From the human T2T-CHM13v2.0 reference genome, Homo sapiens, in NCBI RefSeq assembly GCF_009914755.1, contig NC_060926.1: DNA of 64,000 nucleotides, one strand, 5' to 3'. Below are positions 24,517 through 38,800 of the stretch, in pieces. The notes under the pieces were generated by a model, which saw only the letters and a list, made by a program, of their open reading frames with translations, ran no database searches and was not told where the DNA came from. Positions within the stretch are counted from its first letter, which is position 1. Every line of letters begins with the position of its first letter. Made by a program: the position numbers and the translations under genes.

Positions 24517-26689
24517 TTCCTGACTCACAGTTATTGTTTCAGTGTCACTTTTACTATACAAGGACATTGGATTTCCATTCCCTATATGACATCTTTAACT
24601 TGTTATCTATGACTACCTCATTTGTTTCCTTATAACTTGTCCACTACTCTCAGTTACCTCTCCCATTGCCACACCCAGAAATTTACTGCTACTAAAACTG
24701 ATGCAACAATTATGAAATTTCACTTTTCTGACCTTGTTCTCCAGCCTCTTTCCTTGTCAATCACGTTATTAATTATCTTAAACAATATACAGTCCTTCTG
24801 GAAACAGCCAAAGCATTGATTGCACTGGTTTGTAATTTTATCTCTGCCCATTATACTTTATATTGTACTTTGTCCACCTTAAGCTTCATGGTCCATTATT
24901 TGTTGCTATTTCCAGAGCAGTACTATCAGAAGCACTAATTTATCCCGAGTAGGAAGTCAGTAGCCTCATCAGTGTATTTCTGAATTATAAGTCAACATTG
25001 GCCTGATTGACCTATGAAAACTGCTCTCAGATGGCTGTGGAATTCTCCAGGAACTAAATCCTAAACAAAGCATGATTGTGAAGATGAAGGGAGATGAAAT
25101 TCTGTCAATATGGTGAAGACAAAGAACACTAGGAAAAAACAGGCTATTATACCCTCACTGGGTGTATTATGAAATGGTTTGGCCCAATCTAATTAAATAA
25201 GAAGGGAACTAACAAATGACTCAAGAAAAACACCTTAGAAAAAAATTGTATTTACTTAATTTATAGAGTAGCATATAAAACGCTTATAAATAAACATACT
25301 TGAGTTTGAACACTAAATTCCATAAGGATGCAGTGTGTTTTTAATTATCTCAATAACTGACATATGTTTAAAGATTTAAACGAAACAAAATAATATAAAA
25401 CTAAACAAATAGAGCCAAAGTTCTAGAAAGTGTTTTCAGTTTACATAAATCATTTTTTACATCATAGAATGTGCAGTAATTCATAAATGTTTAAAAAAGT
25501 CATGTTAGTATAATTTTAGAGCAAAACATACTCATCAATTGTATTTTAAGGAAATAGTGATTAATTAATAGATATTTAGTTTGTACATGGGGAAATAGGC
25601 AAGGACAAATTACCAGTTACAGTAAACACAGAATATTTATTATACACATAGTAACCAAAGGAAAAATCCTTCAAAATATAATTTGAGCTATATAGATAAT
25701 ATATATACATAAAATTATATAAATTATACATATACGTATAATTTACCTTTAGTAATATGTGCACTATTGTAATGAATTTTGGTATCATTTTGGCTGGTTT
25801 TCTTTTTTCAAAAAAATGCTTAAGTTTCCTAAGCATTCCTTCAAAAATAAACTTTCTTTCATATATTTTGCTATACCAAATGGTAGCTACAAAATTCCTG
25901 CAATTATTTACCAAGTTGCAAACTACCAGGGTATATGATTTGCCATCTTTATTTCATGTTTAAGCAATGCTTAGAGAAAACATTCAAATCTGTAAAGAAA
26001 AAATAAATATCTTACTGCACGTATTTTTAAAAACCTTAAATCATTTGTTAAAGTCTAGCAATAGTTGTTTTGATCAGATTGCTCTGGAGAGAAACATCAG
26101 TGCCCATTAGGGCCCTACAAATGTAGATAGAAGATAAGTAGGAAGAAAAATATGTGCCATCATTTGTGGGAGAAGAAAGTCTAATGAGAAATATAACCTG
26201 ATTTAAGTTGGTTTTAAGCTCTTTCTTTTTTTTTAGTTTTGCCACCTTGGACTGTAAGTAATTAATAGCAAAAGTTCCTCTGAGCTCCCTTCTAATGTCA
26301 GTAAGATGCTAAAATTGGTTAGTAGGCACTGATTTCTTCTCTGTTTCCTTCATATTTTAATTCATCACCTGGTCCAATTACCTTATTTTCTGAGTTCCCA
26401 AAACTTTTTTTAATCCCTCAGAAATTCCAATATAGTTCCAATTAAAGCCAACCACATAAAATTGAGAAGAATTTCTTATGATCAATAGAATTACAAAAAA
26501 AATTAAATGAATTAATGATTAGCTGCCTGTGGGGATTATTAATTATTTAAAGTTATATAAAAAAAACCCGCAGCATTTCTGTGACGTTCAGCTTCATTGC
26601 ATATGTCATTCTGAGTAGCAATTATATTTTTTAATAAAAAGGTACTGACTTTAAATATTTTCCTTTGTATTTTATCTTTAATTATAACT

Positions 26690-27795
26690 GTAATATTCAA
26701 TTTTAGACTTACAAAAAGTTACAAGTAATACAAAGAATTTCCACTTGTTCTTTACCTAAAATTACCAAATTTTAATATTTTACCATACTCTCAAAATAGA
26801 TAATTTTTTTAATTATCAGAGGGAAAATTGTAGATAAAGTACCTATTTAACTCTAAAACTTTATTGCCCACTTTTAAAAATCAAGATGCTTTTGAACATA
26901 ATTTTAGTCCACTTATCATAATCAGAAAAATAACAATGATGAAATAATATATAATCATCAGCATTTAATCGGATTTAACAATTGTTCAAATAATGTTCTT
27001 GATAGCAAAAGAAATGTCCAGATTATGAATTATATTGTGTCATTTTAGTCTACTTAATCTACAACATCTTCTCTGTTTCTTTTGTGTACCATGAGATTGG
27101 CATTTTCAAAGTAAGCAGTTATTTTGTAGATTATCCTTTGGGCATGGTTTATGTGATGTTTCCTAATGATTAGATTGTGCTTCTACATGTTTTTGAAAAG
27201 CACCACTTTCATGATGCTTTATATCAGAAGGTACATGATTTTGATTTGTCCATTACTGGTGATGGACCAACTTTGATCACTTTATTAAGGTAGTGTAATA
27301 ATTGTAACTTCATTTTAAAGTTACAATTTTCCCATTGCAAACAATAAACATCTTGTGGGAAGATACTTGAAGTAGAGCTTGGAGACTATGCCAATATCTC
27401 CTTACTTCTCAAACTTCTAAACTCAGTTTCAATATTCATTTATGGCTTTTCCCTAAATCAGTTATTATCATGAGAACCAGTTGTTTCCAGACCAGAGACT
27501 GGAAAAATAAAAGTTATGCCAGAAATATTATTTGTAGTGCCTGACAGTAAGGTAGGACTCAAAGATTAGTGAGGCTGTGTTAGAGAACACAGAGCCCACT
27601 TAAAAGAGCTCTACTGGCCAGATCTAGAACAATATGACCATGAAAATAAGGAATGCTAGTAAAAGTTATAATTCATTGAATAAAATTAGAATCAATGACC
27701 TATTCAGAAGGGAATTAATTAAGAGAAAGCTTTTTCTTACAGAAGATGTTAAATCAATAAATATACAAAGAATGATGAGATTCAAAAATCACTGT
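26690..27795 (-). mobile_element. L1MC4/5-type 3' end with a 5' inversion (27480-27795 lies on +)
   Basis: ttttagacttacaaaaagttac tail end on minus; agagcccacttaaaagagctctactggcca on plus. Confidence 0.7.
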
Positions 27796-28934
27796 ATGAA
27801 ATGAATTTTATTAAGGAGCAGCATCAGCATTAGGGCTTTAGAGAAAAGAAGAGAGTATCATCAAGGATCTGAATTTTGCAAATCTTGGTTTATACAGTCA
27901 CAAAGAATAATTTTGCATAGATCACAATTTTCTCCAAAATTAACTTTGAATTGGGTACAGATATAACTGGGAATGTTATTCCTGGTATGTTTTGAAATAA
28001 AGTAAGATGTAAACTTAAAAGTATGCAGAATCATAACCAACAAGGCAGAGAACGAACTTCAATGGGAAGTCATCAAAGATGATGTAGTTGGCTGTTTTCC
28101 AGTTAGCAAGATCTAAAAAACCTACTAGAACTTAGAAACATTGGCATATTTCTACAGATGGTGAAGCTAAATATAGAAGTATGGAAGTGTAGGATTATCC
28201 AACTTTCACTTCATCCCTATAATAAGAAAAAGAAAACTGCCTCTGTGGATAACAGGACCTATAGGCCTTCACTCAGAACTAGTTGGTTTCAAGGATCTAA
28301 TTAAATTTACTAAAAGTGGCAGTGTATTCAACATAGGAGGATTTCTTGTAGTTGTGTAGACTGTCCTTACATGAAAGCAAAGCTTAGGCTGAACACCTGC
28401 CTCAAGTATAAGCAAAAGTTTGCATTATTTTATTGGAGTGGAAAGTTTACCGTCTTTGCCATTTACTTTTTGGAGACACCAGAAGAGAAATATTTATTAC
28501 ATGTAAGAAGAAAATTTTGTCTGGCAAAATGGTCTTTACTAGCACAACGTAGGACCAAAACATCCTACATTGAGAATGTGCACTGGCATTGGAGTGAAGA
28601 AGGGGAGAAGAAACTCTGGATAGGCCTTTGTTTTCTTTCTTGATCCAAAAGTTATGGAAGATACTGGGGACTAATATTGGGCTGTCACAGGAATACAACA
28701 TGTATAGAATATAATTTGACCATTATGTGCAAGAAATTAAGTCAAGCTACTGATGCAAAGTGAACAACTGGCAGAAATTGATTGTCTGGACTTAGAGGTA
28801 TTGCTGAGTTGGAATAACATAAAATACTGATAATAGATTGAAACATTCTCCTTTTGTACTGTTCTTTCATTTTTGTTTGCCATGATGCAGTCAGAATGAT
28901 CTTCAGTTTATCAAATGTAATACAGCTTTCTCTG

Positions 28935-29306
28935 GCTCAGGAATCCCGCACATGCTGTTCCTTCTATTTGGAACACTTTTCTTCCCTTTACCACCCATAC
29001 CTTTTCACCTTGGTAATTGCTATACATCCTTTAAATCTCTGCTCTAATATTCTAGCCTTAGGAATTCTTTCCTAATCTTCTTAACCAGGTAAGATTTTAT
29101 TAGAAATAAGATTTTACTTAATAATTATTTTCATATACTGACTATAGTTGCAATTTAACATTAATTTGTATGATTCTTAAATTAATGGATGCCTGGATGT
29201 TGAGCTTTATTCCTGTTTTTGTTTTTCTGTCTACTTTCTTAAAGTCCCCTTGGACCTAGGACATTTCCTGGCACACAGTACATCCTAATTAATGGTTTAT
29301 TGAACA
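28935..29306 (+). mobile_element. L2 3' end
   Basis: gcacatgctgttccttctatttggaacac ... cctggcacacagta...tttattgaa. Confidence 0.75.
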
Positions 29307-30799
29307 AAAAGTAGTGGGGGATGCTATATGTGGATATATAAATAAGAGCTGATAATGCATAAACAGTTAAGAAAATGGCTGCTAAGGTAATTCTGTCTAG
29401 TTTTTCAGATGATTCCTATTGTGCCCAGGGTATTTTTATTTTTTCAGGACACAACTGTTAAAAACGTCACCCAGAAACAGAGAAAAAAGCCCTTAAAATT
29501 GATGAAAAGGAAACCATTTTTCATTATCAAAATACTTTCAAACTTCATTGTATGTGTGTGGATTACCTTTTTTAGTATAACCCTTTTAAGGTATATATTT
29601 TACTTCTCTGTTAGATAAGGAATTTCTGGTCAGAAATATCAAGACTTATACACCAAATCAAAATTAATATTGACTCAGCAGAAACTCAAGCCCACATCTT
29701 CTAAATATATGTAAAAATTGCTAGATATCAGAGTGGCAGTAATCATTTAGCTCATATAATTTTTTAAGAGTGTATTGTTATGTGGAATTTTTAATGGGGA
29801 TTTGTTACTTAAATTGAACTTGATTTAATCCCCTTAACCCTACCAGAAGTAAACATGATATTTTTACTTTGGCTCCAAAATGGAAATGCAGAAATACTGA
29901 AATGATTTTTAAATCCATTTATTACCATGTTTATAAAAGCATGTTATACTTGTTGCCAGCTAGACTTCATGTTAATAAGGTGCTACCGCAATAAGTATCA
30001 CCAGTACTGATTCATGTTATTATTAAAATCAGATCATATGCTTTAACAATTAATTTATGTTCTCTGACTTAAAACAAAAAATATTGTAAAATATCAGATT
30101 CTAGAGACAAATAATAAGTAAAAATAAAGTTTTGATGTCTGCTAGCTAAGGTTTAGTATCATGCTTATTTACAATATGTGGATATCCTATTATGTTGCCG
30201 ATTCCTTTAGCTTTTCTGTAGTTACTATGTCATCCTAAATTATTTCAGCTCCATTGCAATGAAAGTGCCTATTAAATGTTTATATAAAATGTATAATGAT
30301 TAAGTCTTACAAATAAATATTTATGGAGGCTTCATAGTTCCTTGGCAATACTATTATGTATTGAAGAAACTTGACGTTTCTAAGAATCCAAATGACTTTT
30401 AACCAATGGGTATTATTATTATATTAGAGATTTATGTTTCCCACCAGATGATGAATGCTGAACATTGGAAGAGGTCTTTCTAGTATTTCAAATAGCTTAT
30501 GTAAGCAGAAATAATAAATAAAAATTTTCTAACAAGTAAGATTTCCAGAAAATGACTTATAAAACATTCATTGTATTTCCCAATGTAATGCTGAGGAAAA
30601 TCCATTTTATTACTATGGAGTTAGAATACATCTATTCTTTCCTGACTTCATGCATTTGATTTATATTTTTCACATTTTTTTCTTAAGGAATCCAAGTCAT
30701 CAGGCTATTTCTTTGTATGATATATTCATGATATATTAAATTTCCATCTTCATAATTGATCAGTATCTTATATTTGTATAATTCTCTTCAGAGTGCTCA

Positions 30800-31000
30800 G
30801 TGACTTCACCACATTTATCTCTTTTGATCACAATAATCCTGTTGTAAGTAGGAAAAAATCTTTTCCTTTTGCCATTTAGAAAATTAATACTCCGAGAGAT
30901 TAAAAGATTGCCTAAGGTCAAGCAGGGAGTAATGTGGGAATCTCAACCTTGAATCCACTTTTTTTTTCTTTTGAATCCAGGGATTTCATCTGTTATCACA
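30800..31000 (-). mobile_element. MIR
   Basis: Core-like gagagattaaaagattgcctaaggtcaagcag. Confidence 0.65.
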
Positions 31001-31149
31001 GGCTGTTTTTTTATTAAATATTGTAAGGCCAAATCTGCCTCCTATCCTAATCTTGCAGAAATCCCCTTTATCCGAATAAGCATTCAAATTTAATTTCATG
31101 ATTCATTCAGAATCTAGTTATTTTATTAGAGAGTTAGACCTTTATATAG

Positions 31150-31745
31150 TTGATTAATTTATTCAGCTTATTTTAAAACAGACATTAGATGCCAGAGGAT
31201 ACAAAGGGTAAACATACCCAGTCCATATTTGTAATCATCATACAGGCATAGAAACAATTACTATAAAGGAAAGATATGCAAAGTATGGTGGGAGCATGCA
31301 GAGCTGCACAGCATGGAAGACTGCCTGGGCATTAAGGAGAATCTTCTCCAGAGGACTTTTATGTGATGGGGAGCTGTTCACTAGATGAATGTGCAGGAGC
31401 ATAAGACATCACAAACAGAGCATAAACACTTTTCCAAAAGCATGAATGAATGGAAAGCCAAGGAAAAGAGTTTAGTTTCACTATGATTTAACGTGAAGAC
31501 TGAGTAGAAAGGAAAAGTCTTGACAAATGGGCAGGCAATGTTATGAGAACAGTAAGTCTCATGCATCAGTGTTTAGATTTTACACTACAGACAATAGAGA
31601 CATGTGCGACGTAGAGGATAGTGCGCAGAGGTACCTGTGGAAGGACAGGATGGCACAGGAATAAGCAGGTTAAGGAGGCTAAACCATCAGAGAAGAGACC
31701 CAGGATTTGAGAGCTATTTAAGATTTGGAATTCATAATTAATTGG
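31150..31745 (-). mobile_element. L2 fragment
   Basis: ttaatttattcagc...cattagatgccagaggatacaaaggg. Confidence 0.55.
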
Positions 31746-31759
31746 ACAAGGTCTATATT

Positions 31760-32110
31760 TAAATATTATTTAGTTGCAAGTTCCATTAACCCAATTCCTA
31801 CCAGCTTAATAAATAACATGTATTAACAGACTCTTCTAACTGGGAATTCCAAAAGCTGGATTTGACTTTGTGCCAGGGTGAAATTCACATCAGTAGGACT
31901 CTCTTTCTAGATTCCTCAGCTCAATTTTTAAAATCTAGGTTTTATTATCAAGCATTTACGCCAACTTCACAGCTAGTGATTCTAGAGTAAAAATTATGAT
32001 TCTCTATCCTATGATATCTCTATTAAGTAGAGACATTTTCCCACTCCTGGTCTAACCACAAACTCTCCTCATGATGGCAAGACAGGATCTGTTTATTCAT
32101 AGCCCTTCCA
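31760..32110 (-). mobile_element. Old MaLR LTR (MLT1L/N-like) fragment
   Basis: tttagttgcaagt...aacccaattcctaccagcttaa. Confidence 0.4.
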
Positions 32111-32479
32111 GAGTCAAATTTAAGTGTGGAAATGTACATGATAAACAGAAAAATAAAAGATGTTTGAAGCAAACATCTAGGAAGAATTCTGAATTCCTGG
32201 ATTAGACAACCAGACAGATGACAGAGCTCTTAATAAAGTTGGATGCAAGAGGGTGACGTATGATGTGCCTGTGAAGCACCCAGGTGACATTGTCTATTAG
32301 AAAGCTTATTGCTGAATTTTGAATACAAAATAGAAATCTATGATTTTTGTATGTCTAAGGCCTATATGCTATCATTGAAGTCATGGAGACAGATGAGACT
32401 GCTAGGGATTTTGTGTAGAGTAAAAAGACAGTATTATAAACAACATCAATATTGTAATGCCTTTACTTTAATCAAATTT

Positions 32480-32795
<316 letters not shown>

Positions 32796-33174
32796 AACTT
32801 TTATGTTTTCCAAAATCACCACAAGCCAAGACAAAGCTTTTCTCCATACACATATGTTAAGTAGCACCAACCTTCAAACCATATACTTGAATAACAGTAC
32901 ATACTAGGAGGCATTTGACAACAAAATCAAGATTTCATACACTTGAAAATTAAAACACAATGTTTAAAAGCCTATGTTCTTGTTGATATTCTACTTGATT
33001 GACTTTAGTGTTACTTAGTTTAGGACAACAAAATGAAGGAAAAATTTAAAACCAAAATATTTGGTGGAATTAAATCATAAATTGCCTTATACTTTGAGAT
33101 AATTCTAATAAAAAGAGAGTAGTTGTAATAAAATGTGCATTTCTCTCAAAATATCTTCTTTAGACATTAAAATA

Positions 33175-33621
33175 AATGCCACAGTTGGAGAGATGCAGCA
33201 AAGGAGGAAAGGAGAGGAGAGATGGGGTAGAGAGGGAGAGCAGAGAGATTGGGGGTATGAAAGAGATTCCAATCAACACTGCTGGTATTAAATTTGGAGG
33301 AAGGGTACCATGGAGCAAAAAATGTGGGAGGCCTGTAGAAACTGAGGGCAATCCCCCATCAATGGGCATAGGAAACCGAGACCTCATTCCCACAACCCCA
33401 TAGAAGTGAATCCTCTCAGCAACCTGAGTGAGCCTGGAAGCGGGATTTCTCCAGATTCCTCAGTGAGGGATGCAGCCATGCTGACTTCATACTTTAAACT
33501 CACTGAGACCCATGTCAGAATTCCAACTTATAGAACTTCAAGATAGTGTATTTGTGTTGCTTAAGCCTCTAATGGTAACTTGTTATGAAAGCAGCAGAAA
33601 TTTTTTAAAAATAGTAATACA
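33175..33621 (+). mobile_element. MLT1D/E-type MaLR LTR
   Basis: gcaacctgagtgagcctggaagc; gagacccatgtcagaattccaac; ends taataca. Confidence 0.75.
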
Positions 33622-33860
33622 TTCACATCTTTTATGTAAGGTGAATAAGACATCTTCCTTATTCTACGTGGGCTATTAGGAAATACATTTTACATTTACA
33701 TCTGTAAATTACTTAAACTCTCTGGATCTCATTTTATTCATCTTTAAGGTGAAGAATTTGGGGGATTTTTAGGATAAAATGTTTGCAGATGGATACATTT
33801 TATATGCATTTACAAATGTCCATTCATATAGTCTTGAAAATTTAAAAGAATTAAAAGATT

Positions 33861-35303
33861 TTTAGTTTTACATTTAAGTACTTAAATGATCTTGAACTAA
33901 TTTGTGTATATAGTATAAGGAATGGACCCAGTATCAATCTTCTCCATATGGCTATCCTGTTTCCTTGCATCATTTATTGAATAAGAAATACCATTCTAGA
34001 CATAGTACATGTCAAATATTTCATGACGAAGGCACCAAAAGCAATTGCAACAAAACCAAAGCTTGACAAATGGAAATGTAATTAAACTAAAGAGCTTCTG
34101 GATGCAAAAGAAACAATCAACAGAGTAAACAGACAACATGCAGAATGGGAGAAAATATTTGTAAATTATGCATCTGACAAAAGTCTAATATCCAGAATCC
34201 ATAAGGAACTTAAACAAATCAACAAGCACACACACACACACAAACATACAAAACAAAACAAATAACCCCATTAAAAAGTAGGGAAAGGACATAAACATAC
34301 ACTTTTCAAAAGAAGACATACATGCAGCCAAAAATCATATGAAAACAAATGCTCAACATCACTAATCGTTAGAGAAATGCAAATCAAAACCACAGTGAGA
34401 TACCATCTCACACCAGTCAGAATGGCTATCATTAAAAAGTCAAAATATAACAGATGTTGGTGAGGTTGTGGAGGAAAGAAAATGCTTATACACTGCTGGT
34501 GGGGATGTCATAAAATAGTTCAGCCATTGTGGAAAGCAGTTCGGTGATTTCTCAGAGAACCCAAAGCGGAATTGCCCTTTGACCCAGCAATCCCATTATT
34601 AGGTATATACCCACAGGAATATAAATTGTTCTACTATAAAGAGACGTGCACATATATGTTCACTGCAGCACTATTCACAATAGCAAATACATGGAATCAA
34701 ACTAAATGCCAAACAACATTAGACTGGATAAAGAAAATGTATACATACACATCATGGAATACTACACAGCCATAAAAGAACAAGAACAAGATCATGTCCT
34801 TTGCAGTAACGTAGATGGAGCTAGAGGTCATTATTGTAAGTGAACTAACATAGGGGCAGAAAATCCAATACTATATGTTCTCACTTATAAGTGGAAGCCA
34901 AACATTTAGTACATATAGACACACAGAAGGGAACCACAGACACCAGGTCCTACTTAAGGGTGGAGGGAAGGAGGTTGGTGAGAAACAAAAACCTAAAGAG
35001 CTTCTGCATGCAAACTATGCTTATTACTTGGGTGAAATAATCTTTACACCAAACCCCTGTGACACACAATTCATCTATATCACAAACCTGCGACTTTCAT
35101 GTATCCCTGAACATAAAATAAAAGTGAAAAAATTTACCTTCCTGAACACTTACACACTTTTGATAGGAATGTAAATTAGTTCAGCCTCTATGGAAAGCAG
35201 TTTGGAGATTTCTCAAAAATCTGAAAATAGAACTACCATTCGACCAAGCAATTCCATTACTGGGCATATATCCAAAGGAAAATACATTGTTCTACACAAG
35301 AAA
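33861..35303 (+). mobile_element. L1PA15/16-type 5'-inverted insertion with a probable 3' transduction
   Basis: Minus-strand ORF2 at 33861-33988, plus-strand ORF2/3'UTR at 33989-35132, extra segment to 35303; TSD 15/17 at 33844-33860 and 35304-35320. Confidence 0.8.
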
Positions 35304-35465
35304 AAAAGAATCAAAAAATTGTCAATTTGGCTGAATTTTTCAATTTAATTAAACACTGGATCTTAAGGAAATTTATCTTATCAATTTAGTATGTGTTACA
35401 AACCCCTTTATTAGATTCTCCAGTTCATTTCCTTCCCACTCAATTAGAATAAGATGATGATCCTA

Positions 35466-35807
<342 letters not shown>

Positions 35808-35884
35808 TTAGAACCCCTCAGTACTTCTTGTTTCTATTCCTGTCTTCCACACCATATACATGTGTATTAAGAACTCTGACACTA

Positions 35885-38800
35885 TTTTTTCTTTCATTTG
35901 TTTAGTTTACATATAATAATTATATGCGCTTATAGAGTACACAGTAATACTTTGATACATATAATATATAGTGATCAGGTCAGGATAATTTGCATATTAA
36001 TCATCTTAAACATTTATCATTTCTTTGCGTTGGGCATATTCAATATCCTCCTAGGTATTGGAAAGTATGCGATATGTTATTGTGAACCATAGTTATCCTA
36101 CAATTCTGTAGAACATTAAAAATTATTCCTCCTATTTAACTGTAATTTTGTATCCTTTAGCAAATCTGTATTTTCTCCTTCTCCCTACCCTTCCCAGCCT
36201 CTAGTATCCTCTGTTCAAATTTTTACTTCTATGAGATCAACTATTTTTAGCTTCTGTATCTGAGTGAATCTGCAATATTTAACTCTCTTCTCCTCACTTA
36301 TTTCATTTAACATGAGGACCTCTAGTTCCACCTACTTGCCACAAATGACAAGATTTGATTATTTTCATTATTTTTTATGAATGAGTGTAATGTACATACT
36401 CATAACAATATGAGTATAAAGTACATATACATACCACATATACTTCATCCATTTATCTTTTGTTGGACATTTATGTTAATTTCATATCTTGGCTATAGTG
36501 AATACCAATGCAATAAACATGGAGGTTAAGATGCCTCTTCAATACTGATTTCTTTTTCTCTGGATAAATACTCAGTAGTGGGATTGCTGAATCATATGAT
36601 AGTTGCATTTATAGTTTTATAAGGAACCTCCATACTGTTCTCCATAGCTGCTGTGCTGGTTTACATTCACACCAACAATGTATAAGAGTTTTCTTTTCTC
36701 TGAATCCTTGCTGGCATTTAGTATTTTTTGTCCTTATTTTACAATATCTATCTTAATTGGGATGAGATGATACCTCATTGTAATTTTGATTTGCATTTTC
36801 CTGATGATTAGTGATGTTGAGCATTTAAAAAATATATATTTTGGGGGCATTTCTATGTCTTCTTTTGATGTGTCTGTTCAAATTATTTGTCCATTTTTAA
36901 TTGAATTATTTGATTTTTGCTGTTGAGATGTTTGAATTTCTTGTGTAGTCTGGATATTAATCCCCTGTTGGATAAACAGTTTGCAAATATTTTCTCCCAT
37001 TTTGTAGGTTGCCTTTTCTTTCTGGTGATTGTTCCTGTTGCTGTGCAGAAGCTTTTTAGTTTTATCTAATCCCTTTTGGGTTTTTTTGCTTTTGTTGACT
37101 GTGTTTTTGAGGTCTTTTTTATAAAACCTTTTCCCTGAGCAATGTCCTAAAGCATTTCCCCTATGTCAAAAAACTAGAAAAATTTCAAATACACAGCATA
37201 ACAATACATCTTAAAGAACTAGAACAGCAAAAACAAACCAAACACAAAATTAGTAGGAGGAAAGAAATAAGATCAGAGCAGAAATAAATGAAATTGAGAC
37301 TAAAAATGTACAGAAAATTAACAGAACAAAAAAGTTGTTTTTTTAAAGATAATATTGACAAATAGTTTCTTAAGACTAGCTAAGAAAAAAAGAAAAAACT
37401 CAAATAATTAAAATGAGAAATGAAAAAAAAGGTGTCACAATAGATACCACAAGAATTACTACCATGAACAACATACACAAATAAATTTGAAAACCTAGAG
37501 GAAATAAATTCCTGTACACATACAATCTACCAAGATTTAACCAAGAAGAAGTAGAAAACATAAAGAGACCCATAACAAGTAATAAGACTGAATTAGTAAT
37601 ACAAAGTGTCTCAACAAAGAAAATTGCGGGACTGTTCATGCTCATGGACAGGAAGAATCAATATCATGAAAATGGCCATACTGCCCAAAGTAATTTATAG
37701 ATTCAATGCTATTCCCATTAAACTATCATTGACATTCTTCACAGAATTAGAAAAATAAATAAATTCATATGAAACAAACAAGCAAACAAACAAAAACCAG
37801 CCCAAATAGCCAAGACAAACCTAAGTAAAAAGAACAAAGCTAGAGGCATTACACTACCCCAATTCAAACTATACCACAAGGCTACAGTAACCAAAACAGC
37901 GTGGTACTGGTACAAAAACAGACACATAGACCAATGGAACAGAATAGAGAACTCAGAAATAAGACTGCACACCTACGGCCATCTGATCTGCAACAAACCT
38001 GACAAAAACAAGCAATAGGGAAAGGATTTCCTATTTAATAAATGGTGCTGGGACAACTTGCTAATCATATGCAGAAAATTTAAGCTGGTTCTTACACCAT
38101 ATACAAAAATTAACTCTAGATAGTTTAAAGACTTAAATGTAAAACTCAAAACTATAAATACCCTAGAAAAAAATCTAGGCAATACGTTTCAGGACATAGG
38201 CATGCGCAAAGATTTCATGAGGAAAACATCAAAAGCAATTGCAACAAAGGAAAAACTTGTGAAATGGGATCTAATTAAACTAAAGAGCTTCTGCACAGCA
38301 AAATGAACTATCACCAGAGTGAACAGACAACTTACTGAGTGGGAGACAATTTTTGCAATCTATCCATCTGACAAAGATCTAGTATCCAGCGTCTACAAGG
38401 AACTTAAACAAATGTACAAGGAAAAAACAAACAACCCGAAGGCAAAGGCCATAAACAGACAATTCTCAAAAGAAAACATTCATGTGGCCAACAAACATAT
38501 GAAAAAAAGCTCAACATCACTGATCATTAGAGAAATGCAAATCAAACCCACAATGAGATACCATCTCATGCCAGTCAGAATGACAATTATTAAAAAGTCA
38601 GGAAACAACAGATGCTGGCAAGGTTGCAGAGAAAACGGAACACATTTACAGTGTTGGTGGGAGTGTAAATTAGTTCAACCATTGTGGAAGAGAGTGGTGA
38701 TTCATAAAGATATAAGACCAAAATTACCATTTGACCCAGCAACCCCATTACTGGGTATATACCCAAAGGTATATAAATCATTCTATTGTAAAGAAACAAG

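Larger units (their letters stand above)
23640..24900 (+). mobile_element. Degraded L2 internal fragments on both sides of the MER81/THE1 insert
   Basis: Pyrimidine-rich L2 sense texture; no intact motif. Confidence 0.35.
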
